A DNA stretch of 64,000 nt from Cycloclasticus sp. (GTDB lineage: Bacteria > Pseudomonadota > Gammaproteobacteria > Methylococcales > Cycloclasticaceae): assembly GCA_002733135.1 (NCBI GenBank), contig NVUJ01000009.1:7518-71517 (forward strand), written 5' to 3'. Below the pieces are notes generated by a model. The model was not told the DNA's origin. It made no database searches and was given only the letters and a program-made list of their open reading frames with translations. The translations under genes were made by a program, and so were the position numbers. Shown in pieces: positions 49,479-60,913 of the stretch. Position 1 is the stretch's first letter, and every line of letters starts with the position of its first letter.

Positions 49479-51098
49479 ATGTCTAATAACTTATTTTGCT
49501 TTGATGTCATTATTGTCGGAAGTGGAGCTGCAGGGTTAGGTTTGGCTTTATCTTTACCAAGCCATATAAACATCGCAATTCTCTCAAAATTGAGCATGTC
49601 CGAAGGTAGTACCTATTATGCGCAAGGTGGGATCTCAGCCGTTTTGGATGACTTAGACACTTTAGGTTCTCATCACGACGACACGATTAAATCTGGCGCT
49701 GGATTGTGTCATGAAGAGATCGTTGAGCTGGTTGTCTCTAAAGGTAAAGATAGCATTGATTGGCTGATGGAAAATAATGTTGAGTTTTCAACAACCAATA
49801 AATCTTTTCCCAACAGCAAGCTTCATTTAACAAAAGAAGGCGGCCACTCTCATCGCCGAGTCGTTCACGCTGATGATTCAACAGGGCGAGCCGTCCAAAC
49901 AGCGCTAAGTGATCAAGTCGTCGGCGCATCGAATATTAAAATTTTTGAACACCATAATGTTATTGATTTAATCACCAACGTTGATAAAACCACATCCACT
50001 AAAACAATCGCTGGTTGTTATGTTTTAGATACAAAAAAAGACGCCGTATTTAGCATGATGGCGCCATGCATCACGTTAGCCACAGGTGGTGCCAGCAAAG
50101 TATACCTATACACAAGCAACCCAGATGTTTCAACGGGTGATGGTATCGCAATGGCATGGCGAGCTGGTTGCCGTGTTGCAAATATGGAGTTCATGCAATT
50201 CCATCCAACTTGTTTATTTCACCCAAAAGCAAAATCTTTTTTAATAAGCGAAGCCGTTAGAGGTGAAGGTGGTCTATTACTGCTACCTGATGGTACTCGT
50301 TTTATGCCTAATTTTGACAACCGAGCTGAATTAGCACCTCGTGATATTGTCGCGAGAGCCATTGATCATGAAATGAAGCGTTTAGGTATCTCTTCCGTTT
50401 TTTTGGATATCAGTCATCGAACAGCAAAGTTTACAAAATCTCACTTTCCAATGCTTCATGAAAGATGTCTTGGATTTGGATTTGACCTGACTAAAGACCC
50501 ATTACCCGTCGTCCCTGCCGCACATTACACCTGCGGTGGAGTGATGACTAATATAAACGGGCTAACGGATATTATTGGCCTGTACGCCATCGGAGAAACT
50601 GCCTTTACTGGACTGCACGGCGCCAACCGATTAGCCAGTAACTCAATTCTTGAATGCCTAGTTTTTGCTAAACAAGCAAGTAACAATATTACAGAATTTC
50701 TTCAGCAATCACCCAAAACTTCAACCATCAAAAACTGGGATAATTCCCAAGTAATCAATTCTGATGAAGCCATCGTTGTATCTCATAACTGGGCTGAATT
50801 ACGACAATTTATGTGGGATTACGTCGGCATTGTTAGAACAACTAAAAGGCTACAACGTGCAAAGCATCGCATTACTCTTCTTAAGCAAGAAATCGAAGAT
50901 TATTATGCTAAATTTCATGTCACTAGTGACTTCCTGGAATTAAGAAACCTCGTTACAGCAGCAGAATTAATTATTGACAGCGCATTACTTCGCAAGGAAA
51001 GTAGAGGCTTACATTACACATTAGACTTCCCAGAATTAGATGACAGGCACTTTAAAAAAGACACTGTTCTTACGCCCAAAGGGCATGAGTTTCATTGA
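49479..51098 (+). CDS. nadB: L-aspartate oxidase
   Basis: GSGAAG, AQGGI, GLHGANRLASNS; probable start at 49479. Confidence 0.95.
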   Translation: MSNNLFCFDVIIVGSGAAGLGLALSLPSHINIAILSKLSMSEGSTYYAQGGISAVLDDLDTLGSHHDDTIKSGAGLCHEEIVELVVSKGKDSIDWLMENNVEFSTTNKSFPNSKLHLTKEGGHSHRRVVHADDSTGRAVQTALSDQVVGASNIKIFEHHNVIDLITNVDKTTSTKTIAGCYVLDTKKDAVFSMMAPCITLATGGASKVYLYTSNPDVSTGDGIAMAWRAGCRVANMEFMQFHPTCLFHPKAKSFLISEAVRGEGGLLLLPDGTRFMPNFDNRAELAPRDIVARAIDHEMKRLGISSVFLDISHRTAKFTKSHFPMLHERCLGFGFDLTKDPLPVVPAAHYTCGGVMTNINGLTDIIGLYAIGETAFTGLHGANRLASNSILECLVFAKQASNNITEFLQQSPKTSTIKNWDNSQVINSDEAIVVSHNWAELRQFMWDYVGIVRTTKRLQRAKHRITLLKQEIEDYYAKFHVTSDFLELRNLVTAAELIIDSALLRKESRGLHYTLDFPELDDRHFKKDTVLTPKGHEFH

Positions 51099-51124
51099 AG
51101 CAAAACACCTGATTCAATTCAGCT

Positions 51125-51571
51125 TTAAAGCTTAGCTTCTTTTAGTTGCTTACCATACACCTTCAAAGTAACGCGTAGGCACCTCTGCTCCTCTATAGAC
51201 ATAGAATCATTTGCCAAAACAATGTTAATGGTTTCTTTTTTAGAGCGAAAATGAAGAAAATACAAAACACCTAAAACAGAACTAGTCCCAGCTAATTTGC
51301 ACACCGTCGTTTGGTTCTTATTATCGACCAGCCTCCAATAACCATCTGACATGCACTGGATTTTTTCAATGCCCGTGTTATTAATAACGTCTGTGTTAAA
51401 AATCAAATAACACGAAAGGATTACGCCCACAGATAATAATATTTGAATTGGAAAACCAAATCCATTTAGCCAACAAGATGCAAAGGCTAAGATGATGACT
51501 AAGCCATACAAGTATTGCAGCCTAGCTGACTTATATACGATTATTTCAAATGCCGGTATGGATTTTTTCAA
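51125..51571 (-). CDS. YgfX-like membrane protein
   Basis: 2 TM then DS..E.R.LRV; follows sdhE; start uncertain. Confidence 0.6.
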   Translation of the reverse strand: MKKSIPAFEIIVYKSARLQYLYGLVIILAFASCWLNGFGFPIQILLSVGVILSCYLIFNTDVINNTGIEKIQCMSDGYWRLVDNKNQTTVCKLAGTSSVLGVLYFLHFRSKKETINIVLANDSMSIEEQRCLRVTLKVYGKQLKEAKL

Positions 51572-51782
51572 CGATCTTCGCCACGTCCGCATCATCAGGA
51601 ATTATGTTGTGAAGCATAAAACCAAGAATCTCGGGGTCTTCAATTTCAAGAAGTTTATCGAAAGCTTTTTTCTCACTGTCTGATAAATTATCGTATGACG
51701 ACTCTACAAACCGAGTAAATAAAACATCAAGCTCCTTTACGCCACGTCGGCAACGCCAAAGGAGCTTTGATTTTTCAGACAT
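51546..51782 (-). CDS. sdhE: Succinate dehydrogenase flavinylation factor
   Basis: WRCRRGVKELD. Confidence 0.92.
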   Translation of the reverse strand: MSEKSKLLWRCRRGVKELDVLFTRFVESSYDNLSDSEKKAFDKLLEIEDPEILGFMLHNIIPDDADVAKIVEKIHTGI

Positions 51783-52567
51783 TAGGCTATTTTACGCTCA
51801 ACCAATAGCTTTTTGATTTCAGCAATCGCTTTAGCTGGGTTCAAGCCTTTTGGACACGTTTCTGTACAGTTCATAATGGTATGACAACGGTACAATTTAA
51901 AAGGGTCTTCTAGTTCGTCTAAACGCTCACCGGCATTTTCATCACGTGAATCTGCTAACCAACGGTACGCTTGTAATAAAATAGCAGGTCCTAGGTAACG
52001 GTCACCATTCCACCAGTAACTTGGGCAGGATGTTGAACAACAAGCGCAAAGAATACACTCGTACAAGCCATCTAATTGAGCACGGTCTTCTTTAGATTGA
52101 AGACGTTCTCTATCAGGTGGCGGTGGTGTTGTTGATTGAATCCAAGGTTTAATGGATGTGTATTGTGCATAAAAGTGCGTCAAGTCAGGCACAATATCTT
52201 TAACCACAGGCAAATGCGGCAATGGGTAAATTTTAATTGGGCCATCAATATCGCCAATATCTTTGGTACAAGCCAATGTATTACGGCCATTGATATTCAT
52301 TGAACAAGAACCACAAATACCTTCGCGGCATGAACGACGGAAGGTTAAGGTTGAGTCGATTTCATCTTTAATTTTAATGATGGCATCTAATACCATCGGC
52401 CCACAGGTATCTAGGTCAATATTATAAATATCCATGCGTGGGTTATCGCCGCTATCAGGGTCCCAGCGATACACGTGAACTTCTTGAACATTGGTGATGC
52501 CTTCTGCTGCTGGGTAAGTTTTACCCTCTTGAACCACAGAGTTTTTTGGAAGTGTAAATTCAGCCAT
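51782..52567 (-). CDS. sdhB: Succinate dehydrogenase Fe-S subunit
   Basis: [24 protein letters not shown]. Confidence 0.97.
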   Translation of the reverse strand: MAEFTLPKNSVVQEGKTYPAAEGITNVQEVHVYRWDPDSGDNPRMDIYNIDLDTCGPMVLDAIIKIKDEIDSTLTFRRSCREGICGSCSMNINGRNTLACTKDIGDIDGPIKIYPLPHLPVVKDIVPDLTHFYAQYTSIKPWIQSTTPPPPDRERLQSKEDRAQLDGLYECILCACCSTSCPSYWWNGDRYLGPAILLQAYRWLADSRDENAGERLDELEDPFKLYRCHTIMNCTETCPKGLNPAKAIAEIKKLLVERKIA

Positions 52568-52585
52568 GTCTATCTCTCCTTTAGC

Positions 52586-54379
52586 CTAGTAAACGCGCTT
52601 TTTAGGCGGCACCACATCAACGTCATCCGACAATGTGTACATATGCACAGGGCGGTACTTAATTTTCACTTTATTCTTTTCGTCAAACCACATAATAGAG
52701 TGTTTATGCCATTTGTCATCATCACGATCCGGGAAATCTTCCCGCGCGTGGCCACCACGGCTTTCTTCTCTATTCAACGCGCCTTCAATGGTCACGGCTG
52801 CTTGAGACAACAAGTTATCTAACTCCATGGTTTCAATTAAATCGGTGTTCCAGATTAATGAACGATCAGAGACCGACACATCTTCAAATGACTTGATGAC
52901 CTTTCTCAATTTCTTAACACCCTCTTTCATCGACTCGCCTGTTCTAAACACAGCCGCGTGAGTTTGCATGGTTTTTTGCATGTCCAATCGAATTTCAGAT
53001 GTTTTCTTAGAACCATCAGCATTTCTAAACTTATCTAAACGCGTCAACGCTTTATCACAAACTGTTTCAGCCAAATCTGGATGATTAGTGCCTGGCGTTA
53101 CAATCTCTGCAGCTCTAATAGCAGCTGAGCGACCAAATACAACCAAATCAAGCAGTGAGTTTGAACCCAACCTATTCGCGCCGTGTACAGATACACAAGC
53201 CGCTTCACCAATCGCCATCAAACCTTCGACAATCGTGTCAGGATCTTTGCCTTTTAGCGTCACCACTTCACCTTTATAGTTAGTTGGAATACCGCCCATG
53301 TTGTAGTGAACCGTTGGTAATACAGGTATTGGCTCTTTGCTGACATCAACGCCAGCAAAAATCTTAGCGCTTTCAGCAATGCCAGGTAAGCGCTCGTCAA
53401 TCACTTCAGGGCCTAAATGCTCTAAATGAAGGTGAATATGATCACCATTTGGGCCAACACCGCGTCCTTCGTTAATTTCAACCGTCATTGAGCGACTAAC
53501 AACGTCACGTGATGCTAAATCTTTAGCATTCGGTGCATAACGTTCCATAAAGCGTTCGCCTTTAGAGTTCGTTAAGTAACCGCCCTCGCCTCGTACACCT
53601 TCAGTTATTAAACAGCCTGAACCGTAAATACCGGTTGGATGGAATTGCACAAATTCCATGTCTTGTAGTGGCAACCCAGCACGTAATGCCATCGCATTAC
53701 CATCACCCGTACACGTATGTGCAGAAGTACATGAGAAGTATGAACGGCCATAACCGCCCGTTGCCATCACCGCCATGTGTGAGCGGAACAAATGTAATGT
53801 GCCATCGTCCATTTTTAGTGCTAATACACCACGGCAAACGCCGTCGTCATCCATAATTAAATCAAGCGCGAAATATTCAATAAAGAATTCAGCATCGTGC
53901 TTTAAAGATTGTTGATATAAGGTGTGAAGAATCGCGTGGCCCGTTCTATCAGCCGCGGCGCAAGTACGTTGCGCTGTGCCTTCACCGTAATTAGTCGTCA
54001 TGCCACCGAAGGGACGTTGGTAAATTTTACCTTCTTCTGTACGTGAGAAAGGCACACCGTAATGCTCCAATTCTACAATCGCAGGGATTGCTTCACGACA
54101 CATGTATTCAATTGCATCTTGGTCACCCAGCCAGTCAGACCCTTTGACGGTGTCGTACATATGCCAGCGCCAATCGTCTTTACCCATATTGCCTAGAGCC
54201 GCACTGATGCCACCTTGCGCAGCAACCGTGTGGCTACGTGTTGGGAAGACCTTAGTAATACACGCGGTTTTTAGGCCTTTTTGAGCCATACCAAACGTAG
54301 CGCGTAAACCAGCACCGCCTGCTCCAACGACAACCACATCGTATTTATGCTCGGTTATTTTATAATCTGAAATACTCAT
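52586..54379 (-). CDS. sdhA: Succinate dehydrogenase flavoprotein
   Basis: [21 protein letters not shown]. Confidence 0.98.
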   Translation of the reverse strand: MSISDYKITEHKYDVVVVGAGGAGLRATFGMAQKGLKTACITKVFPTRSHTVAAQGGISAALGNMGKDDWRWHMYDTVKGSDWLGDQDAIEYMCREAIPAIVELEHYGVPFSRTEEGKIYQRPFGGMTTNYGEGTAQRTCAAADRTGHAILHTLYQQSLKHDAEFFIEYFALDLIMDDDGVCRGVLALKMDDGTLHLFRSHMAVMATGGYGRSYFSCTSAHTCTGDGNAMALRAGLPLQDMEFVQFHPTGIYGSGCLITEGVRGEGGYLTNSKGERFMERYAPNAKDLASRDVVSRSMTVEINEGRGVGPNGDHIHLHLEHLGPEVIDERLPGIAESAKIFAGVDVSKEPIPVLPTVHYNMGGIPTNYKGEVVTLKGKDPDTIVEGLMAIGEAACVSVHGANRLGSNSLLDLVVFGRSAAIRAAEIVTPGTNHPDLAETVCDKALTRLDKFRNADGSKKTSEIRLDMQKTMQTHAAVFRTGESMKEGVKKLRKVIKSFEDVSVSDRSLIWNTDLIETMELDNLLSQAAVTIEGALNREESRGGHAREDFPDRDDDKWHKHSIMWFDEKNKVKIKYRPVHMYTLSDDVDVVPPKKRVY

Positions 54380-54385
54380 AAAACT

Positions 54386-54766
54386 CTAGCCTCCCAGGGC
54401 AATACGTACCATTGCGATAATCGCAGCAGCAGCTAGTAAAAACATTAATAAATTAGTACCCATGATAGCGGCGATACGAATGCCTTTATGACTCACGTAG
54501 TCTTCGTAAATAACCTGCATACCTAGGGCCGCATGATAAAAAGCAGCGACGATTAAAGACACAATCAATGCGGCTGACCAGGGTGAGCCGATAGACTCAA
54601 GCACCGTCTGATAATCAGACATACTAAGAATGGCAACTTTAAATGCAAACCAAACGGTAAGAGGAATAAGCGCAATAGCAGTCACTCGTTGTGCCCACCA
54701 ATGGTGTAAACCTTCTTTTGCTGAACCAAGTCCTTTTGCTTGGCCAAGTGGTGATCTTAAGCTCAT
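54386..54766 (-). CDS. sdhD: Succinate dehydrogenase membrane anchor
   Basis: HWWAQRVTA, H..LGMQV..EDY. Confidence 0.93.
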   Translation of the reverse strand: MSLRSPLGQAKGLGSAKEGLHHWWAQRVTAIALIPLTVWFAFKVAILSMSDYQTVLESIGSPWSAALIVSLIVAAFYHAALGMQVIYEDYVSHKGIRIAAIMGTNLLMFLLAAAAIIAMVRIALGG

Positions 54767-54767
54767 G

Positions 54768-55163
54768 TTAAACCCCTATATCTAATGAAAACGCGAGTAT
54801 CCAAACAAAAAACGTCAAAACCCCTGCAACCCCTAGTACCGCAAATGAAGATTTCTCCACGGTGCCTATTTCAAAACCATAGCCGGCATCCCAAATCAAA
54901 TGTCTTACTCCGTTGCACAAATGAAAAAACAGTGCGAATGACCATCCAAATAAAATAAGCCGGCCAAAAAAACTACCCATAAAAGACTGGGCGGACATAA
55001 AAGCTTCTTCGCCACCAGCCAATGCCATTAACCACCAGACTAATACAATAGTACCTAGCGTAAGAAATGCGCCAGTTCCTCGGTGCACAATTGACAACAA
55101 AGCTGATAATGGCAACCGGTAAACATCTAAATGCGGTGATAGTGGACGGTTATTACTACTCAT
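54768..55163 (-). CDS. sdhC: Succinate dehydrogenase cytochrome b556
   Basis: RPLSPHL, SIVHR.TG, NGVRHL.WD. Confidence 0.94.
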   Translation of the reverse strand: MSSNNRPLSPHLDVYRLPLSALLSIVHRGTGAFLTLGTIVLVWWLMALAGGEEAFMSAQSFMGSFFGRLILFGWSFALFFHLCNGVRHLIWDAGYGFEIGTVEKSSFAVLGVAGVLTFFVWILAFSLDIGV

Positions 55164-55490
55164 ATAAAACCCCTTTAACGAAATTCATATTAAAATTAAA
55201 AATCTATACAACGGCCATTTTTTTCCCAATCACCAAATCGTGTAGGTTCAAGACCCGAGCGGCCATTTATTTCTTTTAATGTTTTAGGCAGTGTTTCTTT
55301 TAATTTTTTCGTGAGAACTTGCTCAGAAACGTGCTCTTTTTTCTTATCAGTCATTAAATAAACAGCCTAAATTCAAGACCCGATACACTAATACAATGCC
55401 CATCCACAATCAAGTTGCATTGCAATATAAAACCTCCATAATCAAATAAAAAAGTTATAATTATTTTTAATTAACTAGCCATCATTTAAT

Positions 55491-56354
55491 ATGTTAAAAA
55501 ACCAACTATTCGATTTAAGCAACGACGAAAGCCTTATTTCAATATCAGGTAAAGACGCTAGCACCTTTTTACAAGGTCAAATTACGTGTGACATCAACAG
55601 TTTAACTGAAGAAAACCATCTTTATGGCAGCCTGTGTAATCCAAAAGGTCGCGTTATTTCTTTATTCTATATCTTCAAACGTTTGGATGTTTTTTTTGTA
55701 GTCGTTCCTAAGAGCCTTTCTGACGTATTAGTAAAACGATTAAAAATGTTCGTTTTCAGATCCAAGGTTGAGATACAAGACGTTAATGACAATTTTATCA
55801 TTTATGGCGATATAAGCACTGCTGACAACGCATTCTCTAATTCGTTTAAAATCCTAACCCATTCAACAAATCAAAAAAATTCTTTAATAATTTTTGAACA
55901 AAAATATCTTAAAAGTTTTAAAATTGAGGTATTCGCAACGATTTCAAATGGGACATCAGCTTTTTACCTTCAGCTTATTGAGGCTGGCGTTCCTAGAATT
56001 ACGAGCCTTACGAGCGAATTATTTATTCCCCAAACATTAAACCTAGACCTATTAGATGGCATTAGTTTTACAAAAGGGTGTTATACCGGACAAGAAATCA
56101 TAGCCCGTCTGCATTATAAAGGCTCGGTAAAGCGACGAATGTATTACTTCGAGGCTACCAATATGATTCAGCCAGGGACGGATTTATTTATTAGTGGAGA
56201 AAGTAATAGTTTAGGAACTATTGTTGATTGCCAACCAACGTCTAATCAAAGCTACGCAGGAACTGCTGTCATTAAAGATAATTACTCAACGCATACCTCC
56301 ATTAATTGTGACGAATTTGGCAAGATTACAATAAAACCAATCAAATACTCATGA
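55491..56354 (+). CDS. ygfZ: Folate-binding protein YgfZ
   Basis: FLQGQ, KGCYTGQE. Confidence 0.92.
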   Translation: MLKNQLFDLSNDESLISISGKDASTFLQGQITCDINSLTEENHLYGSLCNPKGRVISLFYIFKRLDVFFVVVPKSLSDVLVKRLKMFVFRSKVEIQDVNDNFIIYGDISTADNAFSNSFKILTHSTNQKNSLIIFEQKYLKSFKIEVFATISNGTSAFYLQLIEAGVPRITSLTSELFIPQTLNLDLLDGISFTKGCYTGQEIIARLHYKGSVKRRMYYFEATNMIQPGTDLFISGESNSLGTIVDCQPTSNQSYAGTAVIKDNYSTHTSINCDEFGKITIKPIKYS

Positions 56355-56438
56355 TTTTCATAAAAAGTCTACATAAAGCATAAAACACCACTATTTTATG
56401 TGTGTGGGAATCAACTTTAGGTATATTTTTTTAAATTA

Positions 56439-56651
56439 TTGGGGAAATTTATGGAACATGTAGAACAGAATGAATCAACAAGCAACAGCGGTCCGGTTTT
56501 TGTAGCGATAGTTGGTATCGTTTTATTATTAACTGCCGCTGTAACAATCGTCTTAAATTCTGACGGCTTTCTTTTAATGATGATTGGCGTACCTTTTTGT
56601 TTAATTACTTCTATCGGTCTTGGTTTTTGGGCCTCAACTGCGAACAAGTAA
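56439..56651 (+). CDS. Small 2-TM membrane protein
   Basis: Two hydrophobic helices; followed by terminator. Confidence 0.55.
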   Translation: MGKFMEHVEQNESTSNSGPVFVAIVGIVLLLTAAVTIVLNSDGFLLMMIGVPFCLITSIGLGFWASTANK

Positions 56652-56676
56652 GTCTTAAAAGCTTCTAAAGAAAACT

Positions 56677-56713
56677 AAAAAACCTCAATGCTAGCTAGCA
56701 CTGAGGTTTTTTT
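56677..56713. terminator. Bidirectional terminator
   Basis: AAAAAACCTCA..TGAGGTTTTTTT between convergent genes. Confidence 0.75.
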
Positions 56714-56734
56714 ATACCCATAGAATATACATTC

Positions 56735-57316
56735 CTATTTAGCCAGCAACACGATTAAGTCTTTGTAAATATCGTCGGTTGGTGTGGATTGTGTTGCTAA
56801 TAAACGCGCTTCGCCATGCTTGTCAAAAACAAACACGGCCCCACTGTGTGATACTTCATAATTGCCTTCCGTATCTTTATCACCGTAGCCAAACGTAACA
56901 CGATAGCGTTTGGTCATTTCTTTAATGACAGCAATATCACCACGTAAACCGATAAACGAAGGGCCAAAGGTATCCGTATAATTTTTAAGTTTCTCGGCTG
57001 AATCCCTTTCCGGATCAACCGAAATAAATAACACTTTGACTGATCTAGCAGGCTCACCTATCTTTTTAAGAATACTGGACCACTGATGCATAGTAGTTGG
57101 GCAGACTTCAGGGCAAGAAGTGAAGCCAAAAAAGATAGCTATTGGTGAACCTAAATAATCTTTAGCTGTCACCGGTTTGTTATTCTCATCTGTTAATTCA
57201 AACTCTAAATCAGCTATTAAACCCGTTACATCAGTTAAACGCGTTGGTTGTTTTTCTGCGCACGCAAACAGCGTTAAACAAATCAACACTGCTGGTAATG
57301 CTTTAACTATTCTCAT
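56735..57316 (-). CDS. SCO-family copper chaperone lipoprotein
   Basis: LFAC lipobox, FGFTSCPEVCP, ISVDPERD, conserved His. Confidence 0.92.
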   Translation of the reverse strand: MRIVKALPAVLICLTLFACAEKQPTRLTDVTGLIADLEFELTDENNKPVTAKDYLGSPIAIFFGFTSCPEVCPTTMHQWSSILKKIGEPARSVKVLFISVDPERDSAEKLKNYTDTFGPSFIGLRGDIAVIKEMTKRYRVTFGYGDKDTEGNYEVSHSGAVFVFDKHGEARLLATQSTPTDDIYKDLIVLLAK

Positions 57317-58133
57317 TGTTTATTCTCTTTTGGTAATTTAATCGGCGGCGTAGCACTAAAACTAAACCTAAAACACTCATCATACTGGCGGGAATCCACG
57401 TTATGATGCCACCGTAGATTTGATCAGCCATTGGGCTGATAGGCCACGCTCTGCCACACACATCATACACATCGTATATCACTGAGCCACTCAGTGTTAA
57501 ATACGCGCCTAATAGCTGCTGCGGTACTACCACAACTAACATCATGACAATACGAACACTGAACCCCTTACCTTCGCCTTTCCAATCAGGGCCTAAAATC
57601 AGCCACCAGAATAACAGCCCATCGATAAGCATTGACCAGTTCATTATGTAGTAAAGCTTTTGACTTAGCATCGCGGCAAAGTGAATGTCGGGAATTAGCC
57701 ATAGATAAATTAAACCGACAAAAACAACCGGCGCAATGACCGGGTGTTGAATGAATCGATAAGACCATTCGAACGGTAAGCGAATAACCGCTGGTAACGC
57801 AGACCAGTTTACTAACCATGTCGGTAAGCTTTTGCGAATAATCTCGACGCCACCTAGAATGATGAGCATTGGCGCTAGATGATGTAATACGAGGTGCTGA
57901 AAACGGTGCACCCAAAACATGTACTGCGATAAATAATCTAAGTAGGTGTGTGAGACGACGTAAATGGACGTTAAAGCGATATAAAACGATGTCGCTTGCC
58001 AATAATACTTAGCGGTTTTATCGGCGTTGTCCGTGACACACATGCCCAAGTAATAAAAAACCCCGAGCCCAATAACGAACACCACCAAAGCAGGTGAAAA
58101 CTCCCACGGTGTTAGGAACTCAATTATCGACAT
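57303..58133 (-). CDS. Cytochrome c oxidase assembly factor (caa3 CtaG-type)
   Basis: HRFQHLVL..LAP, DQ..GG.I.W; multi-TM; next to SCO. Confidence 0.8.
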   Translation of the reverse strand: MSIIEFLTPWEFSPALVVFVIGLGVFYYLGMCVTDNADKTAKYYWQATSFYIALTSIYVVSHTYLDYLSQYMFWVHRFQHLVLHHLAPMLIILGGVEIIRKSLPTWLVNWSALPAVIRLPFEWSYRFIQHPVIAPVVFVGLIYLWLIPDIHFAAMLSQKLYYIMNWSMLIDGLLFWWLILGPDWKGEGKGFSVRIVMMLVVVVPQQLLGAYLTLSGSVIYDVYDVCGRAWPISPMADQIYGGIITWIPASMMSVLGLVLVLRRRLNYQKRINNENS

Positions 58134-58155
58134 TTGCTACTAGAGAAGACCGGCG

Positions 58156-59661
58156 TTAATTTTCAGGACGCATATGCGGGAACAAAATAACGTCACGAAT
58201 TGACGTGGAATCGGTTAAAAACATCACTAAACGATCAATACCAATGCCTTCGCCCGCTGTTGGCGGTAAGCCAATCTCTAACGCACGAATGTAGTCTGCA
58301 TCGTAATGCATGGCTTCATCGTCACCGGCTTCTTTATCTTCCACCTGTTGCTTAAAGCGTTCCGCTTGGTCTTCTGAATCGTTTAACTCGGAGAAACCAT
58401 TTGCTACTTCACGACCGCCTACGAAGAACTCAAAACGGTCAGTTACAAATGGGTCCGTATCACTTCTACGCGCTAACGGTGATACTTCTGTTGGGTATTC
58501 GGTAATAAAGGTTGGTTCGTGGAGTTTTTCTTCCACTGTTTTTTCAAATATTTCAATTTGAATTTTGCCTAAGCCGTAGCTCTCTTCAAGCGGAATATGT
58601 AAACGTTCAGCAACTTCAATTGCCGCCTCTTTTGTCGCCAAGTTTGCTTTTGTGATATCGGCGTTGTAATGCAAAATAGACTCAATCACACTCATGCGCC
58701 TAAACGGCTGCGCCAAATCGTAGTCTTGGCCTTGGTAATGCACGGTGGTTGTTCCCAATACCGATTGCGCTAAAGTACGCAGCATATCTTCAGTTAAATC
58801 CATTAAATCTTTGTAATCTGCATACGCTTGGTAAAATTCAAGCATGGTGAATTCTGGGTTATGACGCGTGGATAAGCCTTCGTTTCTAAAGCTACGGTTT
58901 ATTTCAAACACGCGCTCAAAACCACCAACAACAAGGCGTTTAAGGTAAAGTTCGGGCGCTATGCGCAGGAACAGCTCCATGTCTAAGGCGTTATGGTGCG
59001 TAACAAAAGGTTTCGCCATTGCGCCACCAGGGATGACGTGCATCATCGGTGTTTCCACTTCCATAAAGTTGTTATCCACCAGATAGTTACGAATATAACT
59101 AACGACCTTGCTACGAATTTGGAATACCTTACGTGACTCGTCGTTCATGATTAAATCTACATAACGCTGGCGGTAACGTTGTTCTTGGTCAGTTAAACCA
59201 TGAAATTTCTCAGGCAAAGGTTGTAGTGATTTAGTCAATAAATTAATGGATGACACGCGAACAGACAACTCATCTGTTTTAGTCTTAAACAAAACACCTT
59301 CTACAGAGATAATGTCGCCAATATCCCAACCTTTAAAGGTTTGGTAATGGCCTTCTGGCAAGGTGTCGCGCTGCACGAACAACTGCATGCGCCCAGTCAT
59401 GTCTTGCACGTGTGCAAAACTCGCTTTACCCATCACCCGTTTCGCCATTAAACGACCCGCCATGGACACGTGAACCGCCTTTTTTTCTAATGTTTCTTTA
59501 TCAAATTGATCATATTCTGCGTGCAAGGCTTCTGAAAAATGCTCACGTCTAAAGTCATTCGGGTAAGCATTGCCCAATTTCTTAATATCAGCCAGCTTCT
59601 CACGGCGAACGGCTATTAGTTTATTTTCATCTTGCGCTGGTTGTTGTTTTTGTTCATTCAT
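58156..59661 (-). CDS. lysS: Lysyl-tRNA synthetase class II
   Basis: [24 protein letters not shown]. Confidence 0.98.
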   Translation of the reverse strand: MNEQKQQPAQDENKLIAVRREKLADIKKLGNAYPNDFRREHFSEALHAEYDQFDKETLEKKAVHVSMAGRLMAKRVMGKASFAHVQDMTGRMQLFVQRDTLPEGHYQTFKGWDIGDIISVEGVLFKTKTDELSVRVSSINLLTKSLQPLPEKFHGLTDQEQRYRQRYVDLIMNDESRKVFQIRSKVVSYIRNYLVDNNFMEVETPMMHVIPGGAMAKPFVTHHNALDMELFLRIAPELYLKRLVVGGFERVFEINRSFRNEGLSTRHNPEFTMLEFYQAYADYKDLMDLTEDMLRTLAQSVLGTTTVHYQGQDYDLAQPFRRMSVIESILHYNADITKANLATKEAAIEVAERLHIPLEESYGLGKIQIEIFEKTVEEKLHEPTFITEYPTEVSPLARRSDTDPFVTDRFEFFVGGREVANGFSELNDSEDQAERFKQQVEDKEAGDDEAMHYDADYIRALEIGLPPTAGEGIGIDRLVMFLTDSTSIRDVILFPHMRPEN

Positions 59662-59666
59662 AACGT

Positions 59667-59810
59667 TAGGGGGTCTCTATTCATTAGGATTTTTGTTTGA
59701 GTTTTAGGCGGGTAGTTTTTGAGAACCGCAGTGCATAGTGATGCATGAGGCTCGCAAAAAATCATCCAACGCCGAAACCGGAGAAAAAGACAATTAATAG
59801 AGATACCCTC
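59667..59810. mobile_element. ~144-bp palindromic element (RPE/MITE-like)
   Basis: Imperfect terminal IRs GGGTCTCTATTCATT / AATTAATAGAGATACCC; core ACCGCAG-TGCAT-AGTG-ATGCA-TGAGG. Confidence 0.6.
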
Positions 59811-60907
59811 AAATTCCACTTTTTAGACTGGCCTCTATAAATTGATCCAATGCTCCATCGAGCACCGCTTGTGTATTGCCGGTTTCAACACCGGTTCGTA
59901 AATCTTTGATACGTGATTGATCGAGCACATATGAACGGATTTGGCTGCCCCAGCCAATATCCGACTTATTATCTTCTTGTACTTGCTGATCTGCCATTTT
60001 TTTCTGTACTTCCAGCTCATATAACTTAGCTTTAAGTTGCTTCATCGCTGTCGCTCTATTTTTATGTTGCGAACGATCATTTTGACACTGCACCACGGTA
60101 TTGGTTGGTATGTGTGTGATACGCACAGCAGATTCAGTTTTGTTCACGTGCTGCCCTCCGGCACCACTGGCACGGTATACATCAGTTCTTAAATCGGCTG
60201 GATTAATGTCTATTTCAATATCATCGTTAATCTCTGGTGAAACAAACACCGCGGCAAACGAGGTATGACGACGATTACCCGAATCGAACGGTGATTTACG
60301 CACTAAACGGTGTACGCCAATTTCGGTTCTTAACCAACCGTACACATAGTCGCCCTGAATAGAAACCGTCGCACTTTTAATACCAGCCACATCACCTGCA
60401 GACACTTCGATTAGCTCCGTTTTAAAACCATGTTGTTCAGCCCAACGTAAATACATACGTAAAATCATCTCAGCCCAGTCTTGTGCCTCTGTTCCGCCTG
60501 AGCCTGATTGAATATCAAGAAACGCGCTATTGGCATCCATCTCGCCAGAAAACATCCTTTGAAACTCTAATCGACCTACTTTTTTCTCATAAGTACTAAG
60601 GTCAGCTTCGACAGAATCAATTGTATCGTCATCACTATCTTCGACAGCCATTTCCAACAAGTCAGCAGAATCTTCCAAACCACTGGTCAACTCAGTAATT
60701 GTATTAACGACTAATTCAAGCTGGCCGCGCTCTTTCCCAAGTGCTTGTGCTCGTGCAGGGTCATTCCACACATCAGGGTCTTCTAGCTCGCGTAAAACCT
60801 CTGTTAACTGTTCGTATTTCGTTTCAAAGTCAAAGGTACCCCCTAAGCGAATGGGTACGCTCTTTTAAATCAGCAATTTTATTGGTGATGGGGTTTAACT
60901 CACGCAT
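59809..60907 (-). CDS. prfB: Peptide chain release factor 2 with programmed +1 frameshift
   Basis: ATG 60907; AGGGGG-TAC-CTT-TGA-C at 60844-60829; SPF and GGQ motifs. Confidence 0.97.
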
Positions 60908-60913
60908 CGAAAA

